Below the pieces are notes generated by a model that was not told where the DNA came from, did no database searches, and saw only the letters and a list, made by a program, of their open reading frames with translations. The position numbers were made by a program, and so were the translations under genes. Shown piece by piece: positions 1 to 9,248 of a DNA stretch of 64,000 nucleotides. The stretch's first letter is position 1, and each line of letters begins with the position of its first letter. Location of the stretch: assembly GCA_015520605.1 (NCBI GenBank), contig WAPT01000024.1, positions 25,732 through 89,731 of the forward strand, written 5' to 3'. Source of the stretch: Nanobdellati archaeon. GTDB lineage: Archaea > EX4484-52 > WAPT01.

Positions 1-209
1 TAAACGCCGCAAGGGAAATACTTGACTTGATAAACAGCGCTGTCAAGAATGCTGAATATCAGGGGCTTGATAGTTCAAGGCTTTACATCAAGTCGTTCCT
101 CGTCATGAAAGCGCCAACGTTTTACAGACCGAGAAGATCCCCACTTAGGGGGCAGAAGAGAAAGAACGTACACATATCCGTGGTGTTGGAAGAGGGTGAA
201 GGAAAATGA
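1..209 (+). CDS. rpl22: 50S ribosomal protein L22, C-terminal part (5' truncated by window edge)
   Basis: SAVKNAEYQGLD...LYIK...HISVVLEE motif; lies directly upstream of rps3. Confidence 0.9.
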   Translation, partial: NAAREILDLINSAVKNAEYQGLDSSRLYIKSFLVMKAPTFYRPRRSPLRGQKRKNVHISVVLEEGEGK

Positions 210-979
210 TCGAGAGGAAGTTCGTCCAGGAGGGCATAGTGAACATGAAGATTGCGGAATTCCTTGACAAAGAGCTTGACAGGGCAGAGTATAGCGGGTG
301 CGAGATAAGAAGAACACCCCTTGCAACACGCATTGTGATTCGTGCCGGTAGACCGGCGATAATAATAGGTAGAGGAGGTGAAAGAATAGCAAGACTCCAG
401 CAAACCTTGAAGGAGAAATTCGGATTGGAGAACCCACAGATAGAAGTGAAGGGAGTAGATAATCCCTATCTTGATGCAAAGATAGTTGCCAAGAGGATAA
501 AGTTCGCCCTTGAGCGGGGGCTGAATTACAGAAGAGTCGTTAACATGTTTCTCTCGAGAGTCATGGAAGCCGGTGCTGTTGGCGTGGAAATAGATGTGAG
601 CGGTAAGCTCACAGGGGAAAGACACAGGACGGAAAAGTACTTTGCGGGATATGTGATGAAATGTGGCTTTCCCGCTCAAACGTATGTTGATGTTGTTCAG
701 GAACAGGCTGTACTAAAACCGGGAGTTATAGGGATAAAAGTGCACATCATGCCCTTTATGCCACCCGAGATGGAAATGGAGAAAAAGGTCGCAAAAGGAG
801 ATGTAGAAATAAAAGAAGAGGTCATAAAGAAGCTTATGCCGAAGAAAGAAGAGGAGGAAAATAAGGAGGGTGAAGGTGTAAAGTCAGAAGAAAAGGAAGC
901 AGAAACTGAAGAAAAGACTGAAAAGGAAAAGGAAGGTGATGAGAAGAAAAAAGAAGATAAGGTTAGTAAGGGTGAATGA
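206..979 (+). CDS. rps3: 30S ribosomal protein S3 with Glu/Lys-rich C-terminal tail
   Basis: KH-domain RPAIIIGRGG, SGKLTGER, KPGVIGIKVHIM motifs; operon position. Confidence 0.97.
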   Translation: MIERKFVQEGIVNMKIAEFLDKELDRAEYSGCEIRRTPLATRIVIRAGRPAIIIGRGGERIARLQQTLKEKFGLENPQIEVKGVDNPYLDAKIVAKRIKFALERGLNYRRVVNMFLSRVMEAGAVGVEIDVSGKLTGERHRTEKYFAGYVMKCGFPAQTYVDVVQEQAVLKPGVIGIKVHIMPFMPPEMEMEKKVAKGDVEIKEEVIKKLMPKKEEEENKEGEGVKSEEKEAETEEKTEKEKEGDEKKKEDKVSKGE

Positions 980-1194
980 TTATGGCTATCCTCAGAGCTA
1001 AGCAGATGAGGGAAATGAGTGATGAAGAGCTTGATAAAAAGCTTGCAGATCTTCGAATGGAGCTCATGAAAGAGAGGGCAAAGGCGAAAGTTGGCGGTGT
1101 GCCAGACAATCCCGGAAGAATGAGGGAAATAAGATTAACAATCGCCAGGATACTCACAATCAAAAAAGAACGAGAGGTGCTTAACAAGAGATGA
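976..1194 (+). CDS. rpl29: 50S ribosomal protein L29
   Basis: REMSDEEL...[17 protein letters not shown]. Confidence 0.96.
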   Translation: MIMAILRAKQMREMSDEELDKKLADLRMELMKERAKAKVGGVPDNPGRMREIRLTIARILTIKKEREVLNKR

Positions 1195-1496
1195 CCGAGA
1201 TCTGTCCGGTCTGCGGGCTCCCAAAGGAGCTCTGTGTGTGTGAGACGATAGCCAGAGAGCAGCAGAGAATAAAAATTTATGTTGAAAAAAGGAAGTTCGG
1301 CAAGACCATGACCATAATAGAAGGTCTTGACGGGAAAAGCATCGATATAAAATCTCTCCTGAAGAAGTTCAAGAAAAAACTGGCATGTGGAGGCACATAC
1401 AAGGATGGCAGGATTGAGCTACAGGGCGATCACAGGCTGAAGGTCAAAAAGCTGCTGATCGATGAGGGCTTTCCCCCGAGCTCAATAGTTGAGTGA
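1191..1496 (+). CDS. Translation initiation factor aIF1 (SUI1 family)
   Basis: [28 protein letters not shown]. Confidence 0.95.
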   Translation: MTEICPVCGLPKELCVCETIAREQQRIKIYVEKRKFGKTMTIIEGLDGKSIDIKSLLKKFKKKLACGGTYKDGRIELQGDHRLKVKKLLIDEGFPPSSIVE

Positions 1497-1807
1497 GTCG
1501 GATGCCAACAACTCCAAAAAACTTGATAAGACACGAGCTCATAGGCCTCAGGGTTAAGATAGCGAAGAGCAGAGATCCCTCACTGATCAACGTTGAGGGA
1601 GTGGTGGTTGATGAGACCAAAAATACGCTGGTGATAAGAAAGCAGAACGGCAGGGAGATAATGGTGCAGAAAGATATCTGTGTGTTCCATTTCATGCTCG
1701 ATGATGACAATGCTGTCGAGGTCAGTGGTGAGGTACTGGTGGCGAGACCCGAGGACAGGATAAAGAAAAGAGTTCCTAAGAAGCTGTGGGGTGGACTGGA
1801 TGGCTGA
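1493..1807 (+). CDS. rnp1: Ribonuclease P protein component 1 (Rpp29)
   Basis: [24 protein letters not shown]; conserved operon slot. Confidence 0.95.
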   Translation: MSRMPTTPKNLIRHELIGLRVKIAKSRDPSLINVEGVVVDETKNTLVIRKQNGREIMVQKDICVFHFMLDDDNAVEVSGEVLVARPEDRIKKRVPKKLWGGLDG

Positions 1808-2222
1808 AAAAATTCGCTCCAAAAAATCCTCCAACGCAGAAGTAAAAGTGGAAAAGAAAAAGACTGAAAAAAAGGTGGAAATGGTGAAAATCGGAGATAT
1901 AGGTATAGATGTTAAGAACCCGCCAACGGAAGTCTGCAACGATGATAAATGCCCCTATCATGGTCACCTCAAAATAAGAGGTAGGATATTCCAGGGCGTT
2001 GTGATTTCAGACAAGATGAATAAAACCGTTGTTGTGGGCTGGGAATACCTCCGGATGATTAAGAAACTCAATAGGTATATGCGCTGCAGAACCAAAGTGA
2101 TAGCGCACAATCCACCCTGTATAAACGCGAGGGAGGGCGATATCGTCAGGATAGCTGAGTGCAGGCCCCTTAGCAAGACCAAAAGCTTTGTGGTTATAGA
2201 GGTCGTTAAGAGAGCGCAGTAA
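1800..2222 (+). CDS. rps17: 30S ribosomal protein S17
   Basis: DDKCPYHG, IAECRPLSKTKSFVV; ATG at 1800 is the probable start. Confidence 0.96.
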   Translation: MAEKIRSKKSSNAEVKVEKKKTEKKVEMVKIGDIGIDVKNPPTEVCNDDKCPYHGHLKIRGRIFQGVVISDKMNKTVVVGWEYLRMIKKLNRYMRCRTKVIAHNPPCINAREGDIVRIAECRPLSKTKSFVVIEVVKRAQ

Positions 2223-2236
2223 GCGGTGGTGGTTTT

Positions 2237-2635
2237 ATGAAGGCCATAAGCACAAGGCCAATAAAGGCCGTGCAGATAGGAACCGTGCTTAAATGCATAG
2301 ACAACACAGGAGCAAAGTTGCTCAAGGTTATAGGTGTTAAGGGATATAAAAGCACAAGAAGAAGGCTGGCCAAAGCGGGAGTGGGTGATGTTGTCATCTG
2401 CACCGTGATAAAGGGTACCGAAAAACTGAGAAATGAAATCGTTCATGCTGTCGTTGTCAGGCAGAGGAGAAAATACAGGAGGAAGAACGGTATGTTCGTA
2501 TGTTTTGAGGACAACGCAGCTGTGTTGATAAACGAGAGGATGGAGCCGAGAGGAAGAGAGATAAAGGGTGTCGTCGCAAAGGAAGCTGTGGAAAGGTTTC
2601 CGGCAGTGGGCAAGATAGCGAGTATGGTAGTGTGA
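2237..2635 (+). CDS. rpl14: 50S ribosomal protein L14
   Basis: [14 protein letters not shown]. Confidence 0.97.
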   Translation: MKAISTRPIKAVQIGTVLKCIDNTGAKLLKVIGVKGYKSTRRRLAKAGVGDVVICTVIKGTEKLRNEIVHAVVVRQRRKYRRKNGMFVCFEDNAAVLINERMEPRGREIKGVVAKEAVERFPAVGKIASMVV

Positions 2636-2636
2636 G

Positions 2637-3062
2637 GTGAGAAAAGTGAAGGTAAAGTTTTCACGTAACTGGGTGAGAAGCAGAAGTCCCAGAAAGCAGA
2701 GAAAGTATATAGCAAATGCTCCACTTCATATTAGAAAAAAGTTCCTATCCGTCAACATTTCAAAGGAGCTCAGGGAAAAGTACAACACACGCAACGTTGT
2801 TGTCAGAAAAGGTGATGTTGTTAGAGTGATGCGCGGCTCCTTTAAGGGTGTTGAAGGAAAAGTGGTCAGAGTTGATATCAAGAAAATCAGGGTCTATGTT
2901 GATGCTGTGAAAAGGAAAAAAACTGACGGAAGCGAGGTGCTTGTTCCAATCCACCCGTCAAATCTGCAAATAATCGAGCTCAACCTCGAGGATGAAAAAA
3001 GAATTAAAAAACTTAGGGAGAAAAGAGCCTCCGCCAAGCCTGGAAAAGAGGTGAGTAGCTGA
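2637..3062 (+). CDS. rpl24: 50S ribosomal protein L24
   Basis: PRKQRK, KOW motif [17 protein letters not shown]. Confidence 0.96.
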   Translation: MRKVKVKFSRNWVRSRSPRKQRKYIANAPLHIRKKFLSVNISKELREKYNTRNVVVRKGDVVRVMRGSFKGVEGKVVRVDIKKIRVYVDAVKRKKTDGSEVLVPIHPSNLQIIELNLEDEKRIKKLREKRASAKPGKEVSS

Positions 3063-3784
3063 TGCCACACTTGAAAAGATATGCAGCCCCTCCATGTTAC
3101 AGCATACCTGTGAAGGTTAAGAAGTTCGCACCCGTGATAATGGGGGGAGGACACCCGCACGATAGAGCCATACCTCTCAGGATTATCCTCAGAGATATGC
3201 TCGGCTACGCAAGAAATACGAGGGAAGTAAAGAAGATAGTCTCCGCTGGTAAGGTCATCGTGGATGGTGTGGTGAGGAAGGATGATAGGTTTGGGGTTGG
3301 GGTTATGGATGTTATATCATTGCCTGATGTTGGTGTGCACTTTAGAGTCTTGCCTAGGAAGGAGAAGCTCGTGCTGGTTGAAATTCCCGAGAAAGAGGCA
3401 AACATCAAGTTGTGCAGAATAATGAACAAGACGGTAGTGAGAGGTGGGCACATCCAGCTCAATCTTCATGATGGAAGGAACATACTCATAAGAGTTAAGG
3501 ATCCATGCAACCCTGTTGAGGATGTTTACAAAACGATGGACTCACTCCTCATAAGCCTACCCGACCAGAAGATTCTGAAGCATATAAAGATGGAGGAAGG
3601 TAAGATTGCTATGATTTACAGAGGTAAACGAGCAGGAGAAATGGGCAAGGTTGAAAAGATCGAAATAATTAGAGGTTTTGACCCCAACAGGATAACACTC
3701 CAGACAAAGAAAGGCTGTGTTACATCTCCAGCGGATTACGTATTCGTTGTTGGTGATACGACTCCGGAGATAACGATAGAGTGA
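3062..3784 (+). CDS. rps4e: 30S ribosomal protein S4e
   Basis: HLKRYAAP, QLNLHDGRN, YVFVVG. Confidence 0.96.
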   Translation: MPHLKRYAAPPCYSIPVKVKKFAPVIMGGGHPHDRAIPLRIILRDMLGYARNTREVKKIVSAGKVIVDGVVRKDDRFGVGVMDVISLPDVGVHFRVLPRKEKLVLVEIPEKEANIKLCRIMNKTVVRGGHIQLNLHDGRNILIRVKDPCNPVEDVYKTMDSLLISLPDQKILKHIKMEEGKIAMIYRGKRAGEMGKVEKIEIIRGFDPNRITLQTKKGCVTSPADYVFVVGDTTPEITIE

Positions 3785-4377
3785 TGAGCGTGATGATTAT
3801 GACCAAGAATCAGACCGTGGCGGAGGTAAAGACGAAGGGTGAGGATAAAAAGAGCAAGGATGCTAATCCAATGAGGCAGATAAGGATCGGGAAGGTTGTG
3901 ATCAACATAGGAGTGAAGGATCCTATTGCTGAGGTGGAAAAAGCGTACAGGTTGTTAGAAAAAATCACGGGTAAGAAGCCTGTAAAGACCAAGGCCACAA
4001 GAAAGGCGAGGACCTTTGGTATAAGAAGAGGTCTTCCGATCGGTGTTAAGGTCACCATCCGTGGTGGGGGGGCTGAAGAACTTGCAGAAAAGCTCCTCGA
4101 AGCTGTGGATAAAAAACTTAAGATAACAAGCTTTGATAATGAGGGTAACGTTAATTTTGGGATAAAGGAATACCTTGATATTCCTGGTGTAAAGTATGAT
4201 CCTACCATCGGTATCTTTGGAATGGATGTTGCCATACAGCTTGAAAGACCCGGCTTCAGGGTTAAGAGAAGAAGACTCGGGAGAGCAAGGATTGGTAAGC
4301 ACCACAGAATAAGGAGAGAGGAAGCCATCCGCTTCATGAAGGAGAGGTTTGGTATAGAGGTTGTTGAGGAAAGGTGA
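3781..4377 (+). CDS. rpl5: 50S ribosomal protein L5 (true start possibly ATG 3799)
   Basis: NPMRQIRIGKVVINIG, FGIKEYLDIPG, GIFGMDV. Confidence 0.96.
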   Translation: MMSVMIMTKNQTVAEVKTKGEDKKSKDANPMRQIRIGKVVINIGVKDPIAEVEKAYRLLEKITGKKPVKTKATRKARTFGIRRGLPIGVKVTIRGGGAEELAEKLLEAVDKKLKITSFDNEGNVNFGIKEYLDIPGVKYDPTIGIFGMDVAIQLERPGFRVKRRRLGRARIGKHHRIRREEAIRFMKERFGIEVVEER

Positions 4378-4383
4378 TGATGT

Positions 4384-4614
4384 ATGGGTGGTCATTACAC
4401 AAAATGTCTCAAGATTTACATGAACAAACCTGGAAAGCTTAAGAAGGTGCTCAGGCACAACTCCAGAAAGGAAAGGACCACCGGTTATGCTACAGCACGC
4501 TGCATAAGATGCGGTAGAATGGGAAGAGGTCTGATAAGAAAGTACGGCCTGAACATCTGCAGACAGTGCTTTAGAGAAGTTGCCAAAGAGATGGGATGGA
4601 AAAAGCTTGAGTGA
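4384..4614 (+). CDS. rps14: 30S ribosomal protein S14 (Zn-binding type), N-terminally extended
   Basis: CIRCG...[13 protein letters not shown]. Confidence 0.95.
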   Translation: MGGHYTKCLKIYMNKPGKLKKVLRHNSRKERTTGYATARCIRCGRMGRGLIRKYGLNICRQCFREVAKEMGWKKLE

Positions 4615-4625
4615 GGTGCGCAACC

Positions 4626-5009
4626 ATGAGACATGATTTGCTCTCTGATGTCATGTCAGCAATTAAAAATGCCGAGAAGGTTGGAAAGAAGGAGTGTGTG
4701 GTTCCAGCGTCTAACCTTGTGAAAAACGTGCTGAAGGTCATGCAGGAACACGGCTATATAGGCAACTTCGAGTATATCGATGATGGAAGGGGTGGAAAGT
4801 TCAGGATAGAGTTAAAGGGAAGAATAAATGAATGTAATGCCATAAGGCCAAGATTTTATGTTAAAAAGGACGAGTTCGACATGTGGGAAAAACAATACCT
4901 CCCAGCAGCCGGGGTGGGAATACTTATAGTCACAACTGACGAGGGCGTTGTTGCCCACACGAAGGTTAAAGGTAGAAAGGGAGGAGCATTACTGGCTTAT
5001 GTCTATTAG
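4626..5009 (+). CDS. rps8: 30S ribosomal protein S8
   Basis: IKNAEKVGK, YIDDGRGG, GGALLAYVY. Confidence 0.97.
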   Translation: MRHDLLSDVMSAIKNAEKVGKKECVVPASNLVKNVLKVMQEHGYIGNFEYIDDGRGGKFRIELKGRINECNAIRPRFYVKKDEFDMWEKQYLPAAGVGILIVTTDEGVVAHTKVKGRKGGALLAYVY

Positions 5010-5086
5010 ATGACATCGGGCATCCCTTATCATAACTTTTCATATTCATTCATCTAATCCCCTTCAATGCTGAAGCGTGATCGGTT

Positions 5087-5662
5087 ATGGCGGAGCAAAA
5101 GCAGGAAGTTATGGCAATTCGGAGGGAAATAAAGATCCCTGAAGGTGTAGAGGTAAGGCTGGAGAATGAAGAGCTTGTGGTGAAGGGTCCCAAAGGCGAG
5201 CTGAGGAGAGTGTTCTCTCACCCGAGGGTGAGGGTTGAAGTAGCTGATGGTGTTGTGAGTGTGATTAGTGATTCCACCAGAAGGAAGGACAAAGCGATAG
5301 TCGGAACCTGGGTGTCTCACATTAAAAACATGATGTATGGTGTCGTGAAGGGTTTTCAGGCAAAGCTAAAGATAGTTTACACACACTTCCCCATGAACGT
5401 AAAGCAAGAGGGTGATTACATAATCATAAGTAACTTCATGGGTGAGAAGGGGATAAGAAAGGCCAAGATCTTTGGAAACGTCACGGTCAAGATAGACAAG
5501 GAGGAAATAATGGTGGAGGGAATAAACATAGAGGAGGTGGGACAGACAGCTGCCAATATCGAGCAGGCATGCAAGTACAGAGCTAATAGAGATCCAAGGA
5601 TCTTCTTTGACGGAATATACATCTATCAAAAGCCGAAGAGGAGTGATGATCTATGGCAATGA
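5087..5662 (+). CDS. rpl6: 50S ribosomal protein L6
   Basis: KGPKGEL, YTHFP, DPRIFFDGIYI. Confidence 0.97.
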   Translation: MAEQKQEVMAIRREIKIPEGVEVRLENEELVVKGPKGELRRVFSHPRVRVEVADGVVSVISDSTRRKDKAIVGTWVSHIKNMMYGVVKGFQAKLKIVYTHFPMNVKQEGDYIIISNFMGEKGIRKAKIFGNVTVKIDKEEIMVEGINIEEVGQTAANIEQACKYRANRDPRIFFDGIYIYQKPKRSDDLWQ

Positions 5663-6369
5663 AGGAGCTTGTGAAGCTCAGGGAGGAAGTCAAGAAAAGG
5701 AAACCTGAGTTTAGGAGATATCTGGCTGATAGGATAAAGAAACTCAGTAGAAGCGGCTACAGAAGGCCTAAAGGCATACAGAATAAGATGAGAAAGAGAA
5801 TCTTTGGAAAGCCGAAAATGCCATGCGCTGGTTATGGAGGTCCGAGAGAAGCAAGGCACCTTCACCCTTCAGGTTATAGAGAGGTACTTGTATATAATCC
5901 TGCTGATCTCGATAAAATAGACAAGGAAAATGAGGCTGTGAGAATAGCTTCGTGCGTTGGCACAAAAAAGAGGCTGGAAATTTTGAAGAAAGCTGAAGAG
6001 CTTGGAATAAAGGTGCTCAACCCGAGAATAAAGAGGAGAGCTTATCTCGAGCTTAAGAGAAGGGAAGAAGAAAAGAAGAAGAAAGAGAAGGAAAAAGCTG
6101 AGGAAGCAAAGGAGGAAAAAGCAGAAAAATCTGAGGAAAAGGAAGAGAAGAAGAAAGTCTCGGAGAAAAAGGAGAAAGCAGAGGAATCCATTGCTCAGCA
6201 AAAGGAAGGTGTTGAAAAATCGAAGGATGAAATAGAAGAGGCGAAGAAGGGAAGAAAGAAAAAGAACACCACACCTCAAAAACGCGCTGAAACATCCGCC
6301 AAGAAAGGTGGAAAGAGATCCAGCAGATCTTCTCCAGCTTCCAAAACAAAAAGGGGTGAGAAGTCATGA
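5653..6369 (+). CDS. rpl32e: 50S ribosomal protein L32e with a charged C-terminal extension of about 110 aa
   Basis: KPEFRR, RRPKGIQNKMR, HLHPSG, KVLNP core followed by a low-complexity E/K tail. Confidence 0.94.
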   Translation: MAMKELVKLREEVKKRKPEFRRYLADRIKKLSRSGYRRPKGIQNKMRKRIFGKPKMPCAGYGGPREARHLHPSGYREVLVYNPADLDKIDKENEAVRIASCVGTKKRLEILKKAEELGIKVLNPRIKRRAYLELKRREEEKKKKEKEKAEEAKEEKAEKSEEKEEKKKVSEKKEKAEESIAQQKEGVEKSKDEIEEAKKGRKKKNTTPQKRAETSAKKGGKRSSRSSPASKTKRGEKS

Positions 6370-6548
6370 TCATCGAAATACCTTTCGTTCACTTTCATGA
6401 AAGAATCTGTCCTGCATGCGGAGCTCTGACAAGAGAGCTGAAAATTGAAGGTGTCACTATTTATTCATGCAAAAGGTGTGGGATTGCCTATACAAGGGAG
6501 GCTATTATCCTTACACAACAGAGAGATATAGAACCAGTGAATAATTAA
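6366..6548 (+). CDS. Small zinc-ribbon protein (CxxC-x16-CxxC), unknown function
   Basis: CPACG...CKRCG; GGGGTGA Shine-Dalgarno; ATGA overlap with the rpl32e stop. Confidence 0.7.
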   Translation: MIIEIPFVHFHERICPACGALTRELKIEGVTIYSCKRCGIAYTREAIILTQQRDIEPVNN

Positions 6549-6565
6549 TGGTCGTGGTGATCGCA

Positions 6566-7030
6566 ATGAATTTGAGAACACAGAAAAGGATGGCCGCACA
6601 GATACTTAAGTGTGGGATCCACAGAGTGTGGATTGATCCAGAGCATGTGGATGAAGTAGCAGAAGCCATCACTAAGGATGACATAAGAAGACTTATAAGG
6701 GAGGGCAAGATAGGAGTGCTGCCCAAGCAGGGTGTGAGTACAGCACGCGCTAAATACATAAAAATGCAGAAGAAGAAGGGTAGGAGAAGAGGACATGGAT
6801 CAAGAAAGGGTAAGAAAACTGCGAGAATGCCAAGAAAGCTCGCATGGATGATCAGAATCCGCGCTTTGAGGAGACTCCTGAGAGAGCTCAGGGCCAGGGG
6901 AGAGATAACCCGCTCTGAATACAGGATGCTATATGCTCATGCTAAGGGTGGTATGTTCAGATCGAAAGCTCACCTTCTTCAGAGGGTTGAGAAGCTGAAG
7001 GAGATGAGAAGCAAGGAAGCAGAGGCGTGA
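6566..7030 (+). CDS. rpl19e: 50S ribosomal protein L19e
   Basis: [34 protein letters not shown]. Confidence 0.96.
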   Translation: MNLRTQKRMAAQILKCGIHRVWIDPEHVDEVAEAITKDDIRRLIREGKIGVLPKQGVSTARAKYIKMQKKKGRRRGHGSRKGKKTARMPRKLAWMIRIRALRRLLRELRARGEITRSEYRMLYAHAKGGMFRSKAHLLQRVEKLKEMRSKEAEA

Positions 7031-7035
7031 TGAGT

Positions 7036-7587
7036 ATGGCGAGAGCAGGCTATGTCATGAAGTTCAGGAGAAGGAGGGAAGGTAAAACAGACTATAGAAA
7101 AAGGCTTGCTCTTGTGAAGAGTGGTAAGCCCATACTTACCGTCAGGAGAACGAACACACAGATAATTACCCACATAAGGGAGTTTAATCCTGCTGGAGAC
7201 ATAACAAGAGTTATGATAACCTCAAAGAAGCTTGCTGAATATGGGTGGGAACACTCATCATTCAAGAACACACCCGCAGCCTACCTTACTGGATATCTTA
7301 TAGGCAAAATGGCGCTGCAGCAGGGAATAAAGGAGGCCATACTCGACATTGGCAGGCATGCTGCCACAAAAGGAGCGAGGGTCTTTGCAGTGCTCAAAGG
7401 GGCTGTTGACGCTGGCCTTGAAATCCCCCATTCAGATGATAAGGTACCCGATGAGAGCAGGATTAGAGGAGAGCATATAAGCGATGATGTTGTGGAAATG
7501 TTCAAAAAGGTTAAGGAAAATATTGATAAGATGTTTTCCGAAGCAGGAAGTGCACAAAAAAAGAAGAAATCTAGTAAGAAGGAGTGA
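7036..7587 (+). CDS. rpl18: 50S ribosomal protein L18
   Basis: [34 protein letters not shown]. Confidence 0.96.
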   Translation: MARAGYVMKFRRRREGKTDYRKRLALVKSGKPILTVRRTNTQIITHIREFNPAGDITRVMITSKKLAEYGWEHSSFKNTPAAYLTGYLIGKMALQQGIKEAILDIGRHAATKGARVFAVLKGAVDAGLEIPHSDDKVPDESRIRGEHISDDVVEMFKKVKENIDKMFSEAGSAQKKKKSSKKE

Positions 7588-7593
7588 TGCTCA

Positions 7594-8295
7594 ATGCCAG
7601 TGAAAATGTCTCTTGAGGATTGGGTGCCAAGGACCGAGCTTGGGAGGATGGTGAAGGAGGGAAAGATTAAGTCGATAGAGGAAATTTTCCAGAAAGGATA
7701 CGTTATAAGAGAGGCCGAAATCGTTGATTATCTCGTACCTGACCTCAAGGAGGAACTCATAAATATAGGTGGTGTTAGCGGTAAAGGTGGTGGTAAGAGA
7801 AGAGTGCCTGTAAGGTCGACGGTTAGGATGCACAAATCTGGTAGGAGAAGAACCCTTCATGCTGCTGCAGTAGTTGGCAACGAAAACGGCCTTATAGGGT
7901 TCGGTGTAGCAAGGGGAAAGAGTGCGAGAGAGGTTATAGAAAAAGCAATAAGGAATGCAAAGCTCAACATCTTCCCAGTAAGGAGGGGTTGTGGATCGTG
8001 GGAATGTGGTTGCAGAACGCCACACTCCATTCCCTTTAAAGCTGAGGGCAAGATGGGAAGCGTTAGGGTTATCCTTATGCCCGCTCCTAAAGGTGTGGGT
8101 CTTGTCATAGGGGATGAGTTGAAGAAAGTTATGAGACTCGCTGGGATCAAAGATGTATGGTCAAAATCTTTTGGAGATACGAGAACTAGACTCAACTCTG
8201 TAGGAGCGGCTATTAAAGCCTTCAAAAACCTTAACAAGATGAAGATCACAGAGGAAGATATCGAAAAGACAGGGATGGTTCAGGGTGCTGTGTGA
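7594..8295 (+). CDS. rps5: 30S ribosomal protein S5
   Basis: WVPRTELG, RRGCGSWEC, PAPKGVGL. Confidence 0.97.
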   Translation: MPVKMSLEDWVPRTELGRMVKEGKIKSIEEIFQKGYVIREAEIVDYLVPDLKEELINIGGVSGKGGGKRRVPVRSTVRMHKSGRRRTLHAAAVVGNENGLIGFGVARGKSAREVIEKAIRNAKLNIFPVRRGCGSWECGCRTPHSIPFKAEGKMGSVRVILMPAPKGVGLVIGDELKKVMRLAGIKDVWSKSFGDTRTRLNSVGAAIKAFKNLNKMKITEEDIEKTGMVQGAV

Positions 8296-8726
8296 TGTAC
8301 GCTGTGGTGAGGGTTAGAGGTACTGTCGGAGTAAGGGAAGATATAGAGAGAACATTAAAATTTCTCAACCTTAATAAGCCACACCACTGCACAGTTGTGC
8401 CCAAGACATCTTCATACGAGGGTATGATATTCAAGGTAAAGGACTACGTTACTTGGGGGGAGATTAATGAAGAAACGCTCAGACTACTAGTTGGGAAAAG
8501 AGGTGAGCTCGAGCGCGGAGGCAGAGTACCTCCTGAAAAGGTTGATGAGCTCGTTGAGAGGATAAAGGAATTTGGGCTCAAAAAAGCCGGTCTGAAGCCG
8601 GTATTCCGTCTTTCTCCTCCCAGAAGGGGGTACGAAAGGAATGGAATAAAGAAACCGTTTAAACTGGGTGGAGCTCTTGGTTACAGGGGGGAAAAGATAA
8701 ACGATCTGATAAAACGGATGGTATAA
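8292..8726 (+). CDS. rpl30: 50S ribosomal protein L30
   Basis: AVVRVRG, FRLSPPR, GALGYRG. Confidence 0.96.
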   Translation: MMYAVVRVRGTVGVREDIERTLKFLNLNKPHHCTVVPKTSSYEGMIFKVKDYVTWGEINEETLRLLVGKRGELERGGRVPPEKVDELVERIKEFGLKKAGLKPVFRLSPPRRGYERNGIKKPFKLGGALGYRGEKINDLIKRMV

Positions 8727-8735
8727 GAAAGGTGG

Positions 8736-9248
8736 GTGATGATGGTCGTCCGGAGGAAGAAAAGGAAGACCAACAAGTTCAGAGGATCAAAGACGCACGG
8801 TTGGGGGTCAAAGAAGAAACACAGGGGTAAGGGTTCGAGGGGGGGTAAGGGAAACGCAGGGATGGGTAAGAGAGGACAACAGAAGCTTACAGTGCTGTAT
8901 GCCGAGGGCAAACTCCCGCTTGGCAGAGCTGATAAAGGCTTTACAAGACACAAATCTCTGATCAGGGAGAAGAAATACATAAACGTTGGAGATTTGGAAC
9001 TCTATCTTGAAAGGTTTGAGGCTATGGGCGTAGCGGAAAAGAAGGGTGATGTTTACTCTGTTGATCTGGAAAAGGCAGGTTACGATAAGCTATTGGGGGC
9101 GGGTAAGATCACCATTTCCATAGAGGCAAGGATAGCTGAAGCCACACCTAAAGCCATTCGGAAAGTTGAAGCCGCCGGAGGTAAGGTTGTGATCTCATCT
9201 CGGGGTGAGGGTGAAGAAGCCATCGAGTCTGCACCAACCACCGAGTAG
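8736..9248 (+). CDS. rpl15: 50S ribosomal protein L15
   Basis: RGSKTHGWG, GGKGNAG, KLLGAG. Confidence 0.96.
   Translation: MMMVVRRKKRKTNKFRGSKTHGWGSKKKHRGKGSRGGKGNAGMGKRGQQKLTVLYAEGKLPLGRADKGFTRHKSLIREKKYINVGDLELYLERFEAMGVAEKKGDVYSVDLEKAGYDKLLGAGKITISIEARIAEATPKAIRKVEAAGGKVVISSRGEGEEAIESAPTTE

Noticed and set aside
5005-5076. Possible C/D sRNA between rps8 and rpl6 (9-bp inverted repeat ATTAGATGA/TCATCTAAT, CTGA)
   Set aside because: Box spacing is inconsistent and no convincing guide was found; may be just a hairpin.
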